Of a DNA stretch of 64,000 bases, positions 21,180 to 64,000 are shown piece by piece. The position numbers and the translations under genes were made by a program. Below the pieces are notes generated by a model that saw nothing but the letters and a program-made list of their open reading frames with translations, did not search any database and had not been told where the DNA came from. Numbering within the stretch: position 1 is the stretch's first letter; each line of letters begins with the position of its first letter. This DNA is from Hormiphora californensis (taxonomy: Eukaryota; Animalia; Ctenophora): contig CM035354.1 of assembly GCA_020137815.1 (NCBI GenBank), forward strand, positions 7,254,001-7,318,000, written 5' to 3'.

Positions 21180-23008
21180 TTATCTTAGGTGCATCCGACA
21201 CATCATGCCTGTTGTGTTTCGGGAGCACTGGTCCCATTCTGAACTTTCTGTATTTATGGTTTTCAGGGTAGAGATCAACAAATCCTGGTCCGTATTCACC
21301 CTCAGTGTCGCCCCAATTTGGTGGAGTTCGTTCGGGGCCGAGGGACCAGTAGCTTTCCTCGGAGAGAAAGTCAATGGGTAGTAACCTGGTAGGGAGAAGT
21401 TGTTGAGTAAGTGAAGAGGGATCATATAGGGGGTCGTGTGAGGTTATATTTCATTAATTTAAGTACAAAACTGTCTGTTATACTGGGGCTGTGTTGGAAA
21501 GCGAAATGTTTAAGTTTGAGCTAGAGTTGTTGCTGATTAATCACTCACTAACTTAGATAGAAAGGAGCGCCCCTCCTTTGATTCAAAAGAGGGGGCGCTC
21601 CTTTCTAGAACATGATTACAGAGTCTGCGATAGAGACTTTCTTCTTTTAAATGTGTTGCTTTCTATTGTTGCTCAGTTCCATTATTTAACTTTAAATTAT
21701 TTAAACCAAACCAAAACAAACCAAACCAAACCAAACCAAACCAAACCAAACCAAACCAAACCAAATTAAACCGAGTACCTACCCATGTTTAATTGATTTT
21801 CGAAGGGACACTTTCATCTTCTCCTGCATTCTTCCACAGATTCCCAGTTCTTCGGAGGATTTTACTTGGCCGTCCCTAAAATAGAATATGTTAAACTTTA
21901 TCCAATCGACCATTCCTTGTTTGTGTCACTGTCAAAAACGGGGAATAATATGGTGACAGGTGCCATACATGTGATGGGGTATAACATTCGTCCTAATGCA
22001 CCTTGTGGAGCTGCATTTTATTTGCTCTGGCCTCTGTGATGGTTTGGCAGATCAACTGCCCTTACTATAACACCCCTTACACAACAATCACAACTGTGTG
22101 AATTTAGAACATTAGTCAGCACTGCAATTAGAGGAACCACTGCTGAACCGAGCTAAAGAATGGCTGTTTAGTAGTCTAGTCAGAACTTGAGAATGAAGCT
22201 ATATTTAACTGGTAATTACCAGTTGACCGCAGTGTGAAGTAGACTGAAATGATTAAACGAGAAGTAGACTGAAATGTAGCCCCTTTGTAATGTATGTGGC
22301 AATTGATCCTGTGAGCGGAGCGATGGTATTGATAGTGGTCAGGCGCTGACAGTGTATTACTATGAAGGCTTTAGTACGTGTTTATCCAGCTGTGTCAGTG
22401 TCATAAGTTGACATAATACATTAAACTATTAGTAATATGTGTATACATTTACAACGGTACCATGGTAGGTGGTAGCTATAGATTGCAATTCCATTAACAA
22501 ACGTCACAGTAATGTGTTTGTTAATGACGCTAATCACAAGGAAGTAGGAATATACTAGCTCTTTTCCTGACACTAGCTACACAATTGGTAATTATACCTA
22601 ACAAATTGCCGTAGTACCAGAACATCCCTGTAATCAAAGTCCTGGAGACTGTTCCGGCACAACCAACACCCCTCTTTCTCTCCTACAGCCTCATTTCGTA
22701 CCGGCATCAGGGGCTTTCCCTCTGTGCTCCTGTTTTCTACGTACACAGCTTTACTTGGCATCTGTAGGAGGGGAGGGGAGGGGGTATTAATATCAGGGAT
22801 TTGGGAATATCAATTGGTTAGTTCATAGTTAGATTTAAATTCAGTTTAATATATGGGAGTGGTCATCATCTTATAGCTGTTTTACCTCAGGGGGGTTGCT
22901 GGAGTAGTTCATCGCAGGGGGACCAATGAGGGTACTGCTGACAGGGGGACCAATGAGGGTACTGCTGACAGACCGTAGAGAGGAACACAGCCTCCTAGTC
23001 GCAAACAT
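21180..23008 (-). CDS. Mitochondrial ribosomal protein bS18 family (MRPS18-like), 4 coding exons
   Basis: Exon 23008-22886 is a presequence (MFATRRLCSSLRSVSS...); exon 22761-22598 gives GCWLCRNSLQDFDYRDVLVLRQFV; exon ~21874-21783 gives DGQVKSSEELGICGRMQEKMKVSLRKSIKHG; last exon starts ~21385 (stop 21180 as assembled, possibly 21088 if an indel is present). Confidence 0.8.
21558..21607. repeat. 50-bp palindromic mini-element
   Basis: TAGAAAGGAGCGCCCCT...AGGGGGCGCTCCTTTCTA. Confidence 0.7.
21703..21765. repeat. (AAACC)n microsatellite
   Basis: Pentanucleotide repeat. Confidence 0.9.
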
Positions 23009-23708
23009 AGCTAACAGAGGACAATGTGTTATTTGCTGGAATATTGGGAGGGGTATCTGTTTGGTGGTTTGGAATGGAGGAGTAGTAACTAACAGGGGAT
23101 ACTAGCCCAACTAGATGGGAAACCGATAGGGTTATGCAGTAGGAAATTAGTAGAAGTAGAACGAGAACTTTCAAAGTGTTATAATCAATGAAACAAATGA
23201 CAAAAAAGAGAGAGCTTATAAACAAAATAAATAGGAGCAAATTCTTCTTCTTTTGCTCAGAACACACAGACAGCATGTGACACAGACCACACAGACCATA
23301 GAATTAGCATTACGTGTTCAAAATATAAATTGTTCAATAATCCACCATCAGGAGCTTGATATATGAATCGATCGACTGTTGATTATTAAACTATTATTTC
23401 CTCAGCTATCGATGATAGTAAATTACCCGCCTATTACCATATTTCTTTTTGAACGTTTCCAGCGAATACGTTTCGGCCTGCTATAAAATTATTTCCATTT
23501 CCATTCAGTCTGAAACATCTGGAGACTATTAGCACTCCTACGAGATCCCACGCCCTTATTCAATTCCAACATGCCTCTGTTGACAATCAGCCCTTTCGAC
23601 AAAATAGAGCAACAATAGCATCGAGATCAGCTTTGTTTCACATCTGGTTCCCAGTAGATCTCTCTCTCCTCCTCGTCCCAATGTCGCAACAATATCGAGA
23701 AGCCCGGC

Positions 23709-63822
<40,114 letters not shown>

Positions 63823-64000
63823 CTGAGGGGGGTGTTAGGTTAATAAACCATGCAAGGAAAATAGTAAACCCTGTATATAGTGAAGTTATAAAACAACATA
63901 GCATAGCCCAAACAAGTAGATATGATAGTATAGATACGACCAATATATATACATTATACAAGCGGGGGTATAAATGAATTGTGCATTTTTACATGAACAA

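Overview
Eukaryotic (animal) genomic DNA, most consistent with a ctenophore. This is inferred from the lineage-typical orphan GPCRs, divergent DEG/ENaC channels, a repeated extracellular module, short introns and nested genes. The left part holds intronless ANAPC2 and SHQ1 in tandem (-), a transposon-rich spacer containing a LINE 3' fragment fused to a 5-copy ~322-bp array and bracketed by a 218-bp direct duplication, a multi-exon CYFIP (+) and a mitochondrial S18-family gene (-). From 23.7 kb to the window end lies one ~40-kb pecanex (PCNX) gene (-) whose introns hold six guest genes. Four are antisense (a GPCR, two DEG/ENaCs, a sushi-domain gene) and two are on the SAME strand (a ~2270-aa spatacsin/SPG11 and a GPCR). 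Almost every gene has a 3' splice acceptor a few nt before its ATG with no evident donor, suggesting spliced-leader trans-splicing that could release operon-like and intron-nested cistrons. Introns also carry fold-back transposons (three with GG termini and 8-bp TSDs), RFX X-box-like palindrome clusters and duplicated splice junctions. Isolated frameshifts in essential genes look like assembly errors. All gene identities come from recognising motifs by eye, not from database searches.
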